Of a DNA stretch of 64,000 nt, positions 62,496-64,000 are shown piece by piece (positions within the stretch are counted from its first letter, which is position 1; each line of letters begins with the position of its first letter). A model generated the notes under the pieces. It ran no database searches. It was not told where the DNA came from and saw nothing but the letters and a program-made list of their open reading frames with translations. The stretch lies in assembly GCF_009914755.1 (NCBI RefSeq), contig NC_060930.1, one strand, 5' to 3'. A program made the translations under genes and the position numbers. This stretch comes from the human T2T-CHM13v2.0 reference genome, Homo sapiens.

Positions 62496-63508
62496 GACAT
62501 AGAACTCTATGACCTAATATTAACCCATTACCTTCTCCCTTCCTAGCGACTTGAAAACTCATGTGTCCAATCCTTTTACCTTGTGTTTTAAATACTTTCC
62601 ATGACTAGCACTACATTAGTATTCATTTTCAACACGTTTCCATTACAAATGTAAACACTGGAGCCACAGTAGGGAATTTACTAGACTTTTGTGGGCTGCC
62701 TTAAGAATATGGTCACCAACTATTACAAAGGAAAAATATGTAACAAATTCCAAACGAGTGACTTAAATCCTAACTTTGAGGATTTAAGTTCATTTATAAG
62801 CTAAGTGCTTTGTTTGGAATATTTATACTTAAATAGTTTTATAAACAATCACAGAGTACACATTTAAATATTATGCTTTTTTTTTTTACTATGCATGAAT
62901 GATAAATTAGACCTCCCATTAGAAGGATGGTAGTGTGCTCACTGATTTCATTGACGTTGCAGTTTTCAATTTTGAGGATATTTGCTAGAAAATGATAACA
63001 AATATGTAGAAGAAAACTTTTAAATAGTATGCTACAGAAATAATTCAAATTTTAATCCATCAATAAAAATATCAGCCTGAGTTCTATACTAAATAATAAA
63101 AGCTTGGCCTATTTATAATAAAGAACAGTTATTCTTTAAGGAAAGGACATTGAGTTGGGAGTTAGGAGGAATTTCTAGTTCTTTGTCTGCCATGGGTCTG
63201 CCCATATGACCAGGGGCAAATCCAGTTTTCAAGTGGATGGTCTTTAAGATCTTATTATTCTAATACCAGTGTATCATGTAGAATGTTTTAAGGCTGCTTG
63301 TTCTGTCTTTTGTTACTTAGCACAATTATGGGGTGCTTTTACCCCCTCAAAAATATTCCTAGGCAGTCCCCATTGCCTTAGTAATCCTCAAGTTTAGTTG
63401 TGGGGGTGGTCTCCACCTCTTCGTGTCCTCTAGGACAGGATGAAATCCTAGCTGGAGAGTTCCTCCTTCAGAATGTGTTCTTCCCTGGAGCTGCTGATGC
63501 TCAAGTGA

Positions 63509-63956
<448 letters not shown>

Positions 63957-64000
63957 TAATGATTAGAGCACAGGCTCTGAGATAGATAGCCCGCGTGCTA

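Overview
Human (primate) genomic DNA from inside the + strand gene UST (uronyl 2-O-sulfotransferase, HS2ST1/UST family). Three internal coding exons (224-377, 54948-55045, 57133-57290; probably exons 5-7) splice in frame to give RFGGDQPVYINIIRDPVNRFLSNYFF...ERYL|DINECILENYPECSNPRLFYIIPYFCGQHPRC R|EPGEWALERAK...YKDP. The rest is intron (one of 54.6 kb) filled with about 24 Alus, L1/L2/MIR, MaLR/ERVL LTRs and hAT DNA-transposon relics. Almost all ORF-track entries are repeat-derived or chance ORFs. The most unusual structure is a single TSD-bounded insertion at 63.6-63.96 kb in which a full Alu and its poly(A) tail are followed by a 5' half of tRNA-Cys(GCA) ending exactly at the anticodon. Also notable are a ~120-bp inverted duplication fused to a truncated L1 at 32.9-33.5 kb, two nested Alu-in-Alu insertions, several templated-insertion scars and cryptic splice signals in the long intron. 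Repeat subfamily names were assigned by eye from remembered consensus sequences and need confirming with RepeatMasker/Dfam.
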